61,032 bases of DNA. Source: Gammaproteobacteria bacterium. GTDB taxonomy: Bacteria > Pseudomonadota > Gammaproteobacteria > SZUA-152. Within the stretch, counting starts at the first letter, position 1. Every line of letters starts with the position of its first letter. Below the pieces are notes generated by a model. The model saw nothing but the letters and a program-made list of their open reading frames with translations. It did not search any database and was not told the origin of the DNA. The stretch spans positions 1 to 61,032 of the forward strand of contig JAADHZ010000059.1 of NCBI GenBank assembly GCA_013151575.1. The letters are read 5' to 3'. Below are positions 40,482-52,065 of this stretch, in pieces. Position numbers and translations under genes: made by a program.

Positions 40482-41582
40482 TTAAGGGGAAACGTCCAGC
40501 ATACGGTTCAACGCCAACAGCGCCTGTTCGGCTTCCACCGACGGCACAGTGATTCGGTTCACCACATTGCCTTCCAGCAGGTTTTCTAACACCCACAGTA
40601 GGCTGGATGGGCCGATGCGAAACATGGTGGAGCACATGCTCACAGTGCCAGACATGAAGTGCACATTTGTGCCTTCGTGTTTGAACTGCTCATGCAGGCG
40701 ATTCACCAAGTTTAGCTCGGTTCCCACCAACCAGCGAGCACCCGGTTCGGCATCACGAATGGTGTTGATGATGTATTCCGTGGAGCCCACGTAATCGGAT
40801 TTTTGACACACCTCGAAAGAAGACTCGGGATGGGAAATTACTTTTGTTTCAGGGTATTTTTTCTTAAATTCGTCGATGTACTCGGGCCTGAACAACTGAT
40901 GCACTGAGCAAAAGCCTTTCCACAGAATCATTTTCGCTTTTTTGATTTGCGCCGGGGTCAACCCACCTAACGGTAAGTCGTAATCCCATACCACCATGTC
41001 ATCCAGCGGGATATCCATACTGAAACCGGTGTTGCGACCCAGGTGTTGATCGGGGAAAAACAGCACTTTTTCGCGCTGTTCAAACGCCCACTCCAGCACG
41101 TGACGCGCATTGGTGGAAGTGCAAACGATGCCGCCGTGGCGACCACAAAAAGCTTTTAAATCTGCCGCGGAATTAATGTAGGTCATCGGCGTAATGTGTT
41201 CGTCCGGTGCCAACACATCGGCCAATTCACGCCAGGCGCGTTCCACATTGGCGAGATTGGCCATGTCGGCCATGGAGCAACCGGCGGCGAGATCGGGCAG
41301 GATGGCGACCTGCTCGGGACGGGAAACGATGTCCGCCACCTCGGCCATGAAATGCACGCCGCAAAACACGATGTACTCGGCCTTGGAATTGGCTGCACTG
41401 CGCGACAGTTTCAACGAGTCACCACTGACATCGGCATGCCGAAACGTTTCTTCACGTTGATAATGGTGGCCAAGAATAATCAGCCGATCGCCCAGCGCCG
41501 CTTTAGCGGCAACAATGCGCTCTTGAATAGCAACATCACTCATGGTGATGAAATCTTGCACGTCGATTGGGTTTGCAGACAT
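40482..41582 (-). CDS. nadA: Quinolinate synthase
   Basis: ILGHHYQREE..., FCGVHFMAE, CSMADM, CSVHQ, CSTM: Fe-S ligands and NadA motifs. Confidence 0.9.
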   Translation of the reverse strand: MSANPIDVQDFITMSDVAIQERIVAAKAALGDRLIILGHHYQREETFRHADVSGDSLKLSRSAANSKAEYIVFCGVHFMAEVADIVSRPEQVAILPDLAAGCSMADMANLANVERAWRELADVLAPDEHITPMTYINSAADLKAFCGRHGGIVCTSTNARHVLEWAFEQREKVLFFPDQHLGRNTGFSMDIPLDDMVVWDYDLPLGGLTPAQIKKAKMILWKGFCSVHQLFRPEYIDEFKKKYPETKVISHPESSFEVCQKSDYVGSTEYIINTIRDAEPGARWLVGTELNLVNRLHEQFKHEGTNVHFMSGTVSMCSTMFRIGPSSLLWVLENLLEGNVVNRITVPSVEAEQALLALNRMLDVSP

Positions 41583-41721
41583 CTGACAATCTCTCAGTTA
41601 CGCCGATGAGATGATGGTATCACTTTGTATTTGAAGCACAACTCAGGAAGGGAGGAGGCACGCGCTTTTTGGCTCCTGGCAGGAGTCCAAAATAATGTGA
41701 CATGCGGATTGTTTAAAGGGC

Positions 41722-41805
41722 TTATTTTTGATGGGAAGCGTCATATGCAATAAAAGCAAAAACGCCAATAACAGCCAACAAAACCACGACTGACAACAAT
41801 TCCAT
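41722..41805 (-). CDS. Candidate 27-aa single-TM peptide, translationally coupled to the upstream 76-aa ORF
   Basis: ATG overlaps the upstream TAA (TAATG). Translates to MELLSVVVLLAVIGVFAFIAYDASHQK*. No homology is recognised. Confidence 0.3.
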   Translation of the reverse strand: MELLSVVVLLAVIGVFAFIAYDASHQK

Positions 41806-42035
41806 TACGACAGCTCTTTTAAAGTTGAAATCATATATTCAATACGTCTGTGTACAAAATACGCTGACACGGTAATCACACCTATTCCAATAATAGCACC
41901 GAATGCCCTAAAGTCAGGCGTAATGCCTGCATTCGAAAGCACCCAACCCACCAGGCTAATATCAGAAACCACCATAACCCCCAGCCAAAATTTGAGGTAA
42001 GCTATTGTTTCTTTTACAACATCCGTTTGAGACAT
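41805..42035 (-). CDS. Small (76-aa) two-TM membrane protein, function unknown
   Basis: MSQTDVVKETIAYLKFWLGVMVVSDISLVGWVLSNAGITPDFRAFGAIIGIGVITVSAYFVHRRIEYMISTLKELS. It lies in a ~35% GC islet between aspS and nadA. Confidence 0.45.
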   Translation of the reverse strand: MSQTDVVKETIAYLKFWLGVMVVSDISLVGWVLSNAGITPDFRAFGAIIGIGVITVSAYFVHRRIEYMISTLKELS

Positions 42036-42097
42036 GCCTCCAGTTTAGCCCTAAATTGCTCAATAAATCATTTTTCACGGACGTAGAAAATCAGCCC

Positions 42098-43903
42098 CTA
42101 AACAGATTCTCCTTCCACCGAATCTGGGGTGACTTTAGGCTTACTGCGTAATTTAATACCCAGTTCACGCAGCTGCACATCGCTCACATCAGACGGTGCA
42201 TTGGTGAGCAAGCAGGCGGCGGTCTGGGTTTTCGGGAAGGCCATTACTTCGCGAATGGAGGATGCACCGGTCATCAGCATCACCAACCGGTCGAGACCGA
42301 AGGCAATGCCGCCATGAGGCGGACAACCGTATTTGAGTGCGTCCAACAAAAAGCCGAATTTTTCCTGCGCTTCTTCGTCGGAGATACCCAGCTGGCGGAA
42401 CACTGTCGCCTGCACGTCCGCGCGATAAATACGCTGCGAACCACCACCCAGTTCGGTACCGTTGAGCACCATGTCGTAGGCGCGGGACAGGCAGTTGCCG
42501 GGGTCGGCTTCGAGCTTGTCGATGTCACTTTCTTTCGGCGCGGTGAAGGGGTGATGCAGTGCTGTCCAGCGCTTGCCATCATGCTCAAACATGGGGAAAT
42601 CCACCACCCACAGCGGTTTCCAGCCGTGCTCGATCATGTTGCGGTCATGGCCAAGTTTGACCCGCAACGCACCCAGTGCCTCACTGACGATGCTGGCTTT
42701 GTCAGCACCAAAGAACACCAGATCACCATCTTCGGCGCCGGTGCGGCTCATGATGCCGTCGACGGTCTCGTCCGGCAGAAATTTCAAAATCGGAGATTGC
42801 AGACCATCGCGGCCCTTGGCCAGCTCATTCACCTTGATGTAAGCCAGCCCTTTCGCACCGTAAATGCCCACATATTTGGTGTAATCATCGATTTCCTTAC
42901 GGCTTAACTCGTTGCCTCTGGGCAGGCGCAGCGCGGTAACACGCCCATTGGGGTCTTTGGCTGGGCCCGCAAACACCTTGAAATCCACGTTTTGCATCAG
43001 ATCAGCCACATCCACCAGTTCCAGCGGGATGCGTAGGTCGGGTTTGTCGGAACCAAAACGCTGCATGGCCTCAGCGTAAGACATGCGCGGAAAAGGTTTG
43101 GGCAACGGTGCTTCCAGCACATGCGCAAAAATATCGCGCATCATGTCTTCCATCAGTGACATGAGTTCTTCCTCGTCCATGAACGAGGCTTCGATGTCGA
43201 GTTGGGTGAATTCGGGCTGGCGGTCGGCGCGTAAATCTTCGTCGCGAAAACAGCGCACGATTTGGTAATAACGATCCATGCCGGACATCATCAGTAACTG
43301 CTTGAACAACTGCGGCGACTGCGGCAGGGCAAAAAATTGGCCAGGATGAGTGCGGCTGGGCACTAAATAATCACGTGCACCTTCCGGCGTAGCAGCGGTG
43401 AGCATGGGCGTCTCTATATCGAGAAAACCCTTTTCATCCAGTGAATTACGCAAGGCGCGAGCAATTTGTGAGCGCAGTTTCAGGCGCTGAAACATGGCTG
43501 GACGGCGCAGGTCTATGTAACGGTAGCGCAGCCGGTGCTCTTCGGAGACCTCGTCGTCTTCGATGTCCAGCATAAACGGCGGGGTCTCCGCACGATTGAA
43601 AATTTCCAGCTCCTTACCCAGTACCTCTACCATGCCGGTGGGCATATCCGGATTTTCGGTGCCTTCGGGGCGCTTGCGCACACGGCCCACCACTTTTAAC
43701 ACAAACTCGTTGCGCACACCTTCGGCCAGGGAAAAGGCTTCAACAGTATCGGGGTCAAACACCACCTGGCTGATGCCTTCGCGGTCGCGCAAATCAATGA
43801 AAATCACCCCGCCGTGATCGCGGCGACGATGCACCCACCCGCACAGGGTAACGGTGTCATCAATATTGGATTCGTTAATCTGGCCGCAATAATGGCTGCG
43901 CAT
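42098..43903 (-). CDS. aspS: Aspartate--tRNA ligase
   Basis: [12 protein letters not shown]..., FIDLRDREG, class II motifs [18 protein letters not shown] and [10 protein letters not shown]. Confidence 0.95.
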   Translation of the reverse strand: MRSHYCGQINESNIDDTVTLCGWVHRRRDHGGVIFIDLRDREGISQVVFDPDTVEAFSLAEGVRNEFVLKVVGRVRKRPEGTENPDMPTGMVEVLGKELEIFNRAETPPFMLDIEDDEVSEEHRLRYRYIDLRRPAMFQRLKLRSQIARALRNSLDEKGFLDIETPMLTAATPEGARDYLVPSRTHPGQFFALPQSPQLFKQLLMMSGMDRYYQIVRCFRDEDLRADRQPEFTQLDIEASFMDEEELMSLMEDMMRDIFAHVLEAPLPKPFPRMSYAEAMQRFGSDKPDLRIPLELVDVADLMQNVDFKVFAGPAKDPNGRVTALRLPRGNELSRKEIDDYTKYVGIYGAKGLAYIKVNELAKGRDGLQSPILKFLPDETVDGIMSRTGAEDGDLVFFGADKASIVSEALGALRVKLGHDRNMIEHGWKPLWVVDFPMFEHDGKRWTALHHPFTAPKESDIDKLEADPGNCLSRAYDMVLNGTELGGGSQRIYRADVQATVFRQLGISDEEAQEKFGFLLDALKYGCPPHGGIAFGLDRLVMLMTGASSIREVMAFPKTQTAACLLTNAPSDVSDVQLRELGIKLRSKPKVTPDSVEGESV

Positions 43904-44004
43904 GGTGATTCTGTCCTATCAGTAGTGACTTATTTTAATGAGGCGGGAATGGTACGGATTGGGCTCTCTGCTTGCAACCTGGGGCACCGATTTAGACAGG
44001 GGTT

Positions 44005-44649
44005 TCAGGCACCCGGGCTTGTCTTGGCCTTATCAGATTCCAACGCATTTTTTTTGCCCGGCCCCCATTCAGGAACCACCACCCCGGCGGAGATAATCAT
44101 TTTCAGCCCGTCATCCACGTTCATGCCCAACTCGATGACATCTCTGCGCGGCACCATGATAAAAAAACCGGAGGTAGGATTGGGTGTGGTGGGGATGAAA
44201 ACATTGATCACTTCCTCTCCCGTCTTGGCCTGCGCCTCACCCCGAGTGGTGCCAGACTGAAAAGCCAGGGTCCAGAGTCCCTTGCGGGGATACTCTATCA
44301 GCAACACCTTGCGAAAAGCCTGCCCCGACGAAAATACGGTTTCCAGAATTTGTTTCACGCTGGCGTAAATGCTGCGCACCAGCGGAATGCGGGCAAGCAA
44401 CAACTCCCAGCCCTGGACCAGTTTTCGACCGAACAGGTTGGCCACGACCACACCAGTCACCATGACAATAATCGCCGACAGCACCATACCGATACCGGGC
44501 ACATGAAAACCCAGCAGGGTATCCGGCCGATAGGCCTCCGGCAGCCAGAGCAGCGTCTTGTCCATGATGCCCACCAATAGGTTGATGACCATCACGGTCA
44601 CCCCCAGCGGCACCCACACCAACAGGCCGGCGATAAGATAACGTTTCAT
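44005..44649 (-). CDS. DUF502 family membrane protein
   Basis: MKRYLIAGLLVWVPLGVTVMVINLL..., IPLVRSIY, VFIPTTPNPTSGF: typical DUF502. Confidence 0.8.
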   Translation of the reverse strand: MKRYLIAGLLVWVPLGVTVMVINLLVGIMDKTLLWLPEAYRPDTLLGFHVPGIGMVLSAIIVMVTGVVVANLFGRKLVQGWELLLARIPLVRSIYASVKQILETVFSSGQAFRKVLLIEYPRKGLWTLAFQSGTTRGEAQAKTGEEVINVFIPTTPNPTSGFFIMVPRRDVIELGMNVDDGLKMIISAGVVVPEWGPGKKNALESDKAKTSPGA

Positions 44650-44673
44650 CTATTTATGGTTCTCAACTGGCGA

Positions 44674-44967
44674 TTAATGGCAGCCGCAGCTACCGGAACC
44701 ACACCCCCCGCTAGAGGCTTTGGGCTTAGGGCTGCTTTCGCTGGGTTTTCCAGCCGAATCATCCTTAACCACATTTTTTTTGCCGCTGTTCTTAAAATCC
44801 GTCTCGTACCAGCCGCCACCCTTAAGGCGAAACGCCGCAGCAGAAATCAGTTTCTTCAACTCTGGTTTATTGCAGGCAAGGCACTCCACCAGGGGATCAT
44901 CGTTCATTTTTTGAATCGCTTCCTGGCGATGGCCACAGGCCTTGCACTCATATTCGTAAATTGGCAT
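44674..44967 (-). CDS. FmdB-family zinc-ribbon protein
   Basis: MPIYEYECKACGHRQEAIQKMNDDPLVECLACN... CxxC...CxxC ribbon. Confidence 0.8.
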   Translation of the reverse strand: MPIYEYECKACGHRQEAIQKMNDDPLVECLACNKPELKKLISAAAFRLKGGGWYETDFKNSGKKNVVKDDSAGKPSESSPKPKASSGGCGSGSCGCH

Positions 44968-45187
44968 TACTACTTCCTCACATTTCACTCACGCGTATCA
45001 CCCTCAACCAGACCACGGGATATGGGGTCAGTCGCGATAATATCAATGGGGGATTATACCTGCCCGCGCAACCACGAACACCCGCTAGCGCTGCCACTCG
45101 TCCCCACACGGGGAATGCTGATAAACTGCGCGACCATTGCCATAGGCACCCTGCACCAACCACTCAACCCATGTAACGAGCCATTTC

Positions 45188-45616
45188 ATGACCCAGAAAA
45201 AGACCTTCAAAGGCATCAAAATCACCAGCGAAAACAAATGTGGTTTCTGCGACGGTGCCAAGTGCTGCGCCTACATCACCGAGCAACTGGAAACGCCCCG
45301 TTCCATGCACGATTTTGATCACTTGCTGTGGCAGATCTCCCACGAAAATATTCGCATCTACAAAGACGACGAAGGCTGGTATTTACTGGTAGAACGCACT
45401 TGCCTGCACCTGCAAAAAGACGGCCGCTGCGGCATTTATGATGAGCGCCCTCACGTGTGTCGCCAGCACAGCAACGATTACTGTGAATTCGACGCTCCGG
45501 CCGAGGAGGGTTTCGACCTGTATTTCCACGACTTTGACCAGTTGACGACATACTGCAAAAAACGCTTCAAAGGCTGGGGAAAACGTTTCGTTAAATTTGA
45601 AAAAGAGTATGAATAA
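45188..45616 (+). CDS. YkgJ-family (UPF0153) cysteine-cluster protein
   Basis: CGFCDGAKCC ... CLHLQKDGRCGIYDERPHVCR. Confidence 0.75.
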   Translation: MTQKKTFKGIKITSENKCGFCDGAKCCAYITEQLETPRSMHDFDHLLWQISHENIRIYKDDEGWYLLVERTCLHLQKDGRCGIYDERPHVCRQHSNDYCEFDAPAEEGFDLYFHDFDQLTTYCKKRFKGWGKRFVKFEKEYE

Positions 45617-45627
45617 ATGACCACGAT

Positions 45628-46293
45628 CTATGTTGAGCCACCCGATGGCATGATGTCGGCAAAACTACGAATCGCCGCAAACTCACCCACATCCTTGTCT
45701 GGCGCCTGCGTATCGGGCTGGTGCACACACAGCAGCGCCCCCATGCCGTATTCCTGAGCCGAACGCAGCACCGGCAGACTGTCGTCCACCAGCAGGGTTT
45801 TTTCCCGCTCGAACAATTCCACGGTTTGTAGTTTGTTCCAAAAACCTGGGTCTTCCTTGGGCACGCCAATGTCATGCGCGCAAATAATGGCATCAAAATG
45901 ACCCGCCAACCGAGTGCGCTCCATTTTCAGCGTGAGGCTTTTCATGTGTGCGTTGGTCACCAGCACCACCCGATGACCCGTGGCCCGCACTGCCTCCAAA
46001 AATTCCACCACATGAGGATGCACTGCGATGAGGTGTTCCACTTCCTGCTTGAGCGCCGCCACATCCATACCTAGCTTTCTCGACCAGTAATCCAGGCAAT
46101 ACCAGTCCATGGTGCTTTCGACCTCCTCGTATCGGGCCAGCAGCTCCGCGCGAGCATCTCCCAAGGGTATTCCGCGCTCCTCCGCATAACGCCGAGGCAT
46201 GTGTTCTAACCAAAAATGGTTGTCGAAATGCAGATCCAGCAGGGTACCATCCATGTCCAGCAGCACCGTCTCAAGATCACCCCAGTGAATCAT
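45628..46293 (-). CDS. HAD-superfamily hydrolase (GMP/IMP nucleotidase YrfG-like)
   Basis: LLDMDGTLLDLHFDNHFW (DxDGT motif), VTNA, LLVDDS. Confidence 0.8.
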   Translation of the reverse strand: MIHWGDLETVLLDMDGTLLDLHFDNHFWLEHMPRRYAEERGIPLGDARAELLARYEEVESTMDWYCLDYWSRKLGMDVAALKQEVEHLIAVHPHVVEFLEAVRATGHRVVLVTNAHMKSLTLKMERTRLAGHFDAIICAHDIGVPKEDPGFWNKLQTVELFEREKTLLVDDSLPVLRSAQEYGMGALLCVHQPDTQAPDKDVGEFAAIRSFADIMPSGGST

Positions 46294-46613
46294 GTGCCAA
46301 CCTCAGCGGAGATAATCACCTCAAAACGCTCCAGCCCACCCGGTACCGGGCCACCACTGTCGATGGCTTCTTCAGGCAAGGGGTTTTGATGCGCCCGCCT
46401 GAAATCTTCGCTACCCACCCAAGCATTAAAAGCGGCCTCACTCTCCCAGGTGGTGAGCACCACATAAGGTGTCGCGTCACCCACGGGCCGCAATATTTGC
46501 ATGCGCACAAAACCCGCCTGCTTTTCAATCTGCCCTGCCCGCGCACGAAAACGCGCCTCAAAACGCTCCTCCCAGCCTGCCGCCACCGGCACTCGATTGG
46601 CCACTACGTACAT
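46290..46613 (-). CDS. Antibiotic-biosynthesis-monooxygenase (ABM) domain protein
   Basis: MYVVANRVPVAAGWEERFEARF...VLTTWESEAAFNAWVGSEDFRRAH: ferredoxin-like ABM pattern. Its stop overlaps the downstream start (ATGA). Confidence 0.65.
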   Translation of the reverse strand: MYVVANRVPVAAGWEERFEARFRARAGQIEKQAGFVRMQILRPVGDATPYVVLTTWESEAAFNAWVGSEDFRRAHQNPLPEEAIDSGGPVPGGLERFEVIISAEVGT

Positions 46614-46748
46614 GTTTTCCTCCCACATCACATCAACTACTTTATATTGACGGGCTTTTGTTCTAAACCCTACCCGGGAACTGCCGACGATACAGTATCA
46701 CTTGCCGTAAATTCACCCAATTGGCACAATTCACCCGCGCACAAACTC

Positions 46749-47213
46749 ATGCAAAATAACGCCACCATTTCCGCCATTCTGCAAAAACTGCCGGTATTCG
46801 CCGGCCTCAACCTCGACGAATATGAGCATATTCGCCAAATTTGCATCCCCTCCCAGCACAATGATGGGGAAACGGTATTTGTGGAGGGCGACAGCAGCCC
46901 CTGCATGTATGTGCTGCTATCCGGCGAAGTGCAATTGCGCGCCCATAACCTGGGGGTGATTCACACCCTTCAGCCGGGCGAACTGTTTGGTGAGATCGGG
47001 CTGGTCAGCCAAAAACCACGCACCGCCACAGCGGTGGTCTGCGCCCCCAGCGTGCTACTGCAAATCAACGACGACGCCTTCCAAACGCTGCTAAACCAGC
47101 ATCCCCGCATCAGCTTCACCATCATGCGCAACATCACCATCAACATGGCCAATCACCTCGAACGCATGAACCATAGCGATACCCTCGATTATCTGCCCCC
47201 TGGGCGGGCGTAA
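46749..47213 (+). CDS. Cyclic-nucleotide-binding domain protein
   Basis: The long ORF 46386..47213 is spurious upstream. From ATG 46749: LPVFAGLNLDEYEHI...GELFGEIGLVSQKPRTATAV (FGE...RTA cNMP phosphate-binding cassette). Confidence 0.75.
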   Translation: MQNNATISAILQKLPVFAGLNLDEYEHIRQICIPSQHNDGETVFVEGDSSPCMYVLLSGEVQLRAHNLGVIHTLQPGELFGEIGLVSQKPRTATAVVCAPSVLLQINDDAFQTLLNQHPRISFTIMRNITINMANHLERMNHSDTLDYLPPGRA

Positions 47214-47243
47214 ATCACCTGCGGCTAACATTATCAGCCACCG

Positions 47244-47834
47244 CTATCGGCCACGCATCCCCGAACGGGCCTCTACCTGCACTGTTTTCGCCACCGGCAG
47301 GTAACGAAGAACCAGCCAGCCTTCAGCCAGACCCAGCGCGATGCCAATCAACGCCCCGCTCACGACCTGGCTGGGATAGTGCACCCCCAGATAAACACGC
47401 GACAGAGACACCAGCACCGCCAGCATAACAAACCCCACTGCCCAGCCACGCCAATGCAATACATAACTACTAAAGGTGGCAAACAGAAAAAAATTCAGGG
47501 CGTGATTGGAGGGCCAACCATTGAGACGATGACTACAGTTGATGTGAAATAAGGTATCCACGCGGCGTACGGCGTCACCCAGCTCTGCACAGGGCCGAGG
47601 CTGAGCCATCAGGTATTTAAGCAGCGCCCCCAGCTGGTCACCCACTCCCACCAACACAATGGCCACTAACCAGAATTTGATGCCTGCTTGACCAAAACGC
47701 CAGCCGAAGAAGACCAGCACGCCCAGCAGCAGTGGGATGGAAAAAGCCTTGGACTGTGATATCCAGGCGAAAAAAACATCCAGCCCGGAGGAGCCCCAGC
47801 CTTGGTTGACGGCAAGTAAAAGTTGTTGGTCCAT
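47244..47834 (-). CDS. PAP2-family phosphatase (membrane)
   Basis: KYLMAQPRP ... PSNH ... SRVYLGVHYPSQV: the three PAP2 motifs. The start is uncertain (ATG 47834 or TTG 47870). Confidence 0.75.
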   Translation of the reverse strand: MDQQLLLAVNQGWGSSGLDVFFAWISQSKAFSIPLLLGVLVFFGWRFGQAGIKFWLVAIVLVGVGDQLGALLKYLMAQPRPCAELGDAVRRVDTLFHINCSHRLNGWPSNHALNFFLFATFSSYVLHWRGWAVGFVMLAVLVSLSRVYLGVHYPSQVVSGALIGIALGLAEGWLVLRYLPVAKTVQVEARSGMRGR

Positions 47835-47960
47835 AGCTTGCTTTAAAGGGCGGTGGTCACCCGCCAGCAACGCGGACGTGACCTACGCAGAGTGAAAACT
47901 GTCCCCAAAAGCAACATTTTACACAGCTCGTGAACACAGGACATGAATTCATACAAAAAA

Positions 47961-48345
47961 GTGGCCTCTGCGTCCCGGGGTGGACGATCAAAACAGCTCC
48001 ACCACGGCGGCCAGTTGCATCGGGTATTGGGCAAAATCGCTGTTTGTGGAAACTAAAGCAAGCCGTACTCGACAAAACCGGTTCGCTGGATACTGGCAAG
48101 CCGCGCTAAGAGGGCCGAGACATTGGGTCAAAGCCCTTTAGGGATACTCTGCGAGTAAGCCTGCCTCCTTGAATAGTGCCACATGAGGTTGACCGATGAA
48201 TGTCTAGTGGCCCTGTATCTCGCTATGGATGGCGAAAAATGTAGGTAGCGGTGAGACCGTAATAAGAGACCCTCGTGTGTGTTTTCTGCAGGCACTTTGC
48301 CTAGCGGTGACGATGACAGACGAAGTATTCGATTTTGCTAACGGG
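47961..48345 (+). pseudogene. Heavily degraded, internally deleted relic of a heavy-metal P-type ATPase
   Basis: Fragments in shifting frames: ...QLHRVLGKIAVCGN*, KQAVLDKTGSLDTGKPR* (DKTG phosphorylation loop, 48071-48085), RAETLGQSPLGIL, LVALYLAMDGEK, VGSGETVIRDP...LAVTMTDEVFDFANGF (TGD-region-like). Confidence 0.4.
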
Positions 48346-48385
48346 TTTTTAGTTTGGTTCTTCAAAAAAGGGCCGAAAAAGATAG

Positions 48386-49015
48386 TTAGTGTCTATTGAC
48401 AGAGAAATGGCTCATATGTCTATTCGCGAGAGTGCACCGCCACTCTGCGAAAATCAAATTAGGCACCCAGCATAACCATGCAATGATTGGATAAGCAATG
48501 GCAAAATCGATGCCGCCAACCATAGAAATGGGTAGATATAATCGCAAGGTAACCGCGGCAAATGTTAGTGAATAGTTACGAATCATCCACTTTTGGTGTT
48601 CCTTAACTGAGCCTCGGCGAATAGCAAGATAAGCGCGTAGCCCTGTGTATATCCACAAGACAGCAAGCACTGCAAAACCAAGCCTTGCTACAGTTCCTCC
48701 AGACGCATACTGGGACATATAAAGCCCAGCCAAACCACCAACGACGACCCCTATGGCTAAATAACCACGCCCCAGCCAACGATGTAGACCCGGTCGATTC
48801 TCTCTAAGACGAGTAGAAAACTGAAAAGGTCCGATGGCTAAAGCAACAATTGATGCAAATGCATGTATGTATATGCCATAGGGATGCGCGAGAAAAGATT
48901 TTTGCATCTCTGGCGCCACCGACGAACCCAGCGGCAAAAAACCATAAACAAATGCAGCGTAACCAGAAACCCCTAAAGCAAGGAAATAGAGAATCCCTGT
49001 GCTAATTGATTTCAC
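48386..49015 (-). CDS. DUF2306 family membrane protein
   Basis: Multi-TM 209-aa ORF with ...RPGLHRWLGRGYLAIGVVVGG.... Its composition is more AT-rich than its neighbours. Confidence 0.7.
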   Translation of the reverse strand: MKSISTGILYFLALGVSGYAAFVYGFLPLGSSVAPEMQKSFLAHPYGIYIHAFASIVALAIGPFQFSTRLRENRPGLHRWLGRGYLAIGVVVGGLAGLYMSQYASGGTVARLGFAVLAVLWIYTGLRAYLAIRRGSVKEHQKWMIRNYSLTFAAVTLRLYLPISMVGGIDFAIAYPIIAWLCWVPNLIFAEWRCTLANRHMSHFSVNRH

Positions 49016-49118
49016 TATTCTTCCTCACTGAGGAATCGTATCTTGCCATTGGAGCATCAGCAAAACTCAATATCTCAGGCAAAAAAAATGACAGCAGCGG
49101 CCGAGCCGGTAATGCTAT

Positions 49119-50441
<1,323 letters not shown>

Positions 50442-50485
50442 TTAAATTTGTCTACTTACAGTTACTTACTATTCGTCTGCCTGTA

Positions 50486-51691
50486 TCAGGCCATTTTTTT
50501 GTCTACGGGGACGACCGTCCACTGCCCGTCAGTACGTTGCAATACACGCTCACAACCAGCCGCAGCGGAAGCACCGGACTGCCCTGGTAATTCACGCACC
50601 ACCCGCTCACCGGCTGCGCGCAATTCGCGTACCTTTATCGCCAGTTCTGCCGCCAGTGCGGCATCGCCTTCGGCAGGTGCGAAGATACCCGTCACGGGAC
50701 ACTCATCCACCGAACCCAAGACAATCAGTGAGCGCAGATTGGTGCTGAACCCGGTCGCCGGACGCGCCCGGCCAAACACTTGGCCAATATCATCGTAACG
50801 TCCACCTTGGGCGATGGCACTACCCTGCCCCGGCTGGTAGGCCGCAAACACCACCCCGGTGTGGTAACGAAAACCGCGCAACTCGGCGAAGTCAAAATGC
50901 AGCGCCACGTCCGGGCGTTGCTGACGGATGTGTTCCGCCACGTGGGCCACTTCGCCCAGCGCCTTCATCACCTCGGCGTTGCCGGAAAAACGCTGGCGTG
51001 CCTCGGTCAATACCGCCGCACCACCATTGAGCCACACCAGGTCCACAAATGCCTTGCGCATTTCTGTGTCCAACGCCAGCTCGGCCACCAGGGCCTCGAC
51101 CTCGGGCACCGCCTTGCGTTGCAGGGCATCAAACAGGGTGTTTTCCTGCTCCGCATTCAAACCGGCCCCCTGACTCAGGGCGCGAAAAATACCCACGTGC
51201 CCCACGTCAACGTAAACCGGTTGTACACCGGCCAGCTCCAGTGTTTCCAACATCAGGCACACCATTTCGGCATCACTCTCTACACCGGCGTGACCATACA
51301 GCTCCGCGCCAATCTGGGAAAAACTGCGAGAACCGCCCAGCCCGTCGCCCCGAGTATGCAGCACAGTGCCCTGATAACACAGACGCACCGGGCCTTCGCG
51401 ATCACTGAGCCGGTGGGCATCGATACGTGCCACTTGCGGCGTCATGTCAGCACGCACACCTAGCAGACGACCGCTGAGCTGGTCGATGAGTTTGAAGGTT
51501 TGAATGTCGAGGTCGTTGCCGGTGCCAATGAGCAACGAGTCGAGATACTCCACCAGCGGCGGCATCACCAGTTCGTAACCCCAGCGCTGAAAAAGGTCCA
51601 GCAAGGTACGGCGCAAATTTTCCAGCCGCCGGGCCTCGGGTGGCAATAATTCTTCGATGCCCTCGGGCAGCAACCAGCGTTTGTGGTTCAT
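50486..51691 (-). CDS. hisZ: ATP phosphoribosyltransferase regulatory subunit
   Basis: WLLPEGIEELLPPEARRLE..., HisRS-like core without an anticodon domain. The position between yjeT-like and purA matches Pseudomonas. Confidence 0.9.
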   Translation of the reverse strand: MNHKRWLLPEGIEELLPPEARRLENLRRTLLDLFQRWGYELVMPPLVEYLDSLLIGTGNDLDIQTFKLIDQLSGRLLGVRADMTPQVARIDAHRLSDREGPVRLCYQGTVLHTRGDGLGGSRSFSQIGAELYGHAGVESDAEMVCLMLETLELAGVQPVYVDVGHVGIFRALSQGAGLNAEQENTLFDALQRKAVPEVEALVAELALDTEMRKAFVDLVWLNGGAAVLTEARQRFSGNAEVMKALGEVAHVAEHIRQQRPDVALHFDFAELRGFRYHTGVVFAAYQPGQGSAIAQGGRYDDIGQVFGRARPATGFSTNLRSLIVLGSVDECPVTGIFAPAEGDAALAAELAIKVRELRAAGERVVRELPGQSGASAAAGCERVLQRTDGQWTVVPVDKKMA

Positions 51692-51781
51692 GGAATACTC
51701 ACGGAGTGTTCATTGATGGTGAAAATATCTGATTCCGATGATTCGGTGTGATCACTGCCTGTTCCAGCATTTTGCATGCCG

Positions 51782-51970
51782 TCAAGCGCGAATCAGGTAA
51801 AGCAGGATGACGCCCGCGACCATGCTGAGCAGACTGGCAACCCGCAGCTGATGATCTCCCATCTCCGCCGCAGTCCGCATGGCGTTACGAAAACCGGCAG
51901 GATTCAGGAACGGCAGCAAGCCTTCGATGACCATCACAAGCGCCAACGCGCTGAGCAAATCATGCCACAT
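51782..51970 (-). CDS. DUF2065 (YjeT-like) small membrane protein
   Basis: MWHDLLSALALVMVIEGLLPFLNPAGFRNAM... resembles E. coli YjeT. It is in the conserved position after hflC. Confidence 0.7.
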   Translation of the reverse strand: MWHDLLSALALVMVIEGLLPFLNPAGFRNAMRTAAEMGDHQLRVASLLSMVAGVILLYLIRA

Positions 51971-52065
51971 GCTGCCCACTCATTTTCCAATCAAGGCGGT
52001 TTGTCGCCCACTGTTTTGCACAAACTTTGATGCAACAGCCAGCGGGCGACGAAACCAAGCACGAA

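Noticed and set aside
41655-41690. Palindrome TTTTGGCTCCTGGCAGGAGTCCAAAA upstream of nadA as a bidirectional terminator.
   Set aside because: The loop is too small for the central pairs. On neither strand does a U-run follow the stem in the transcript direction.
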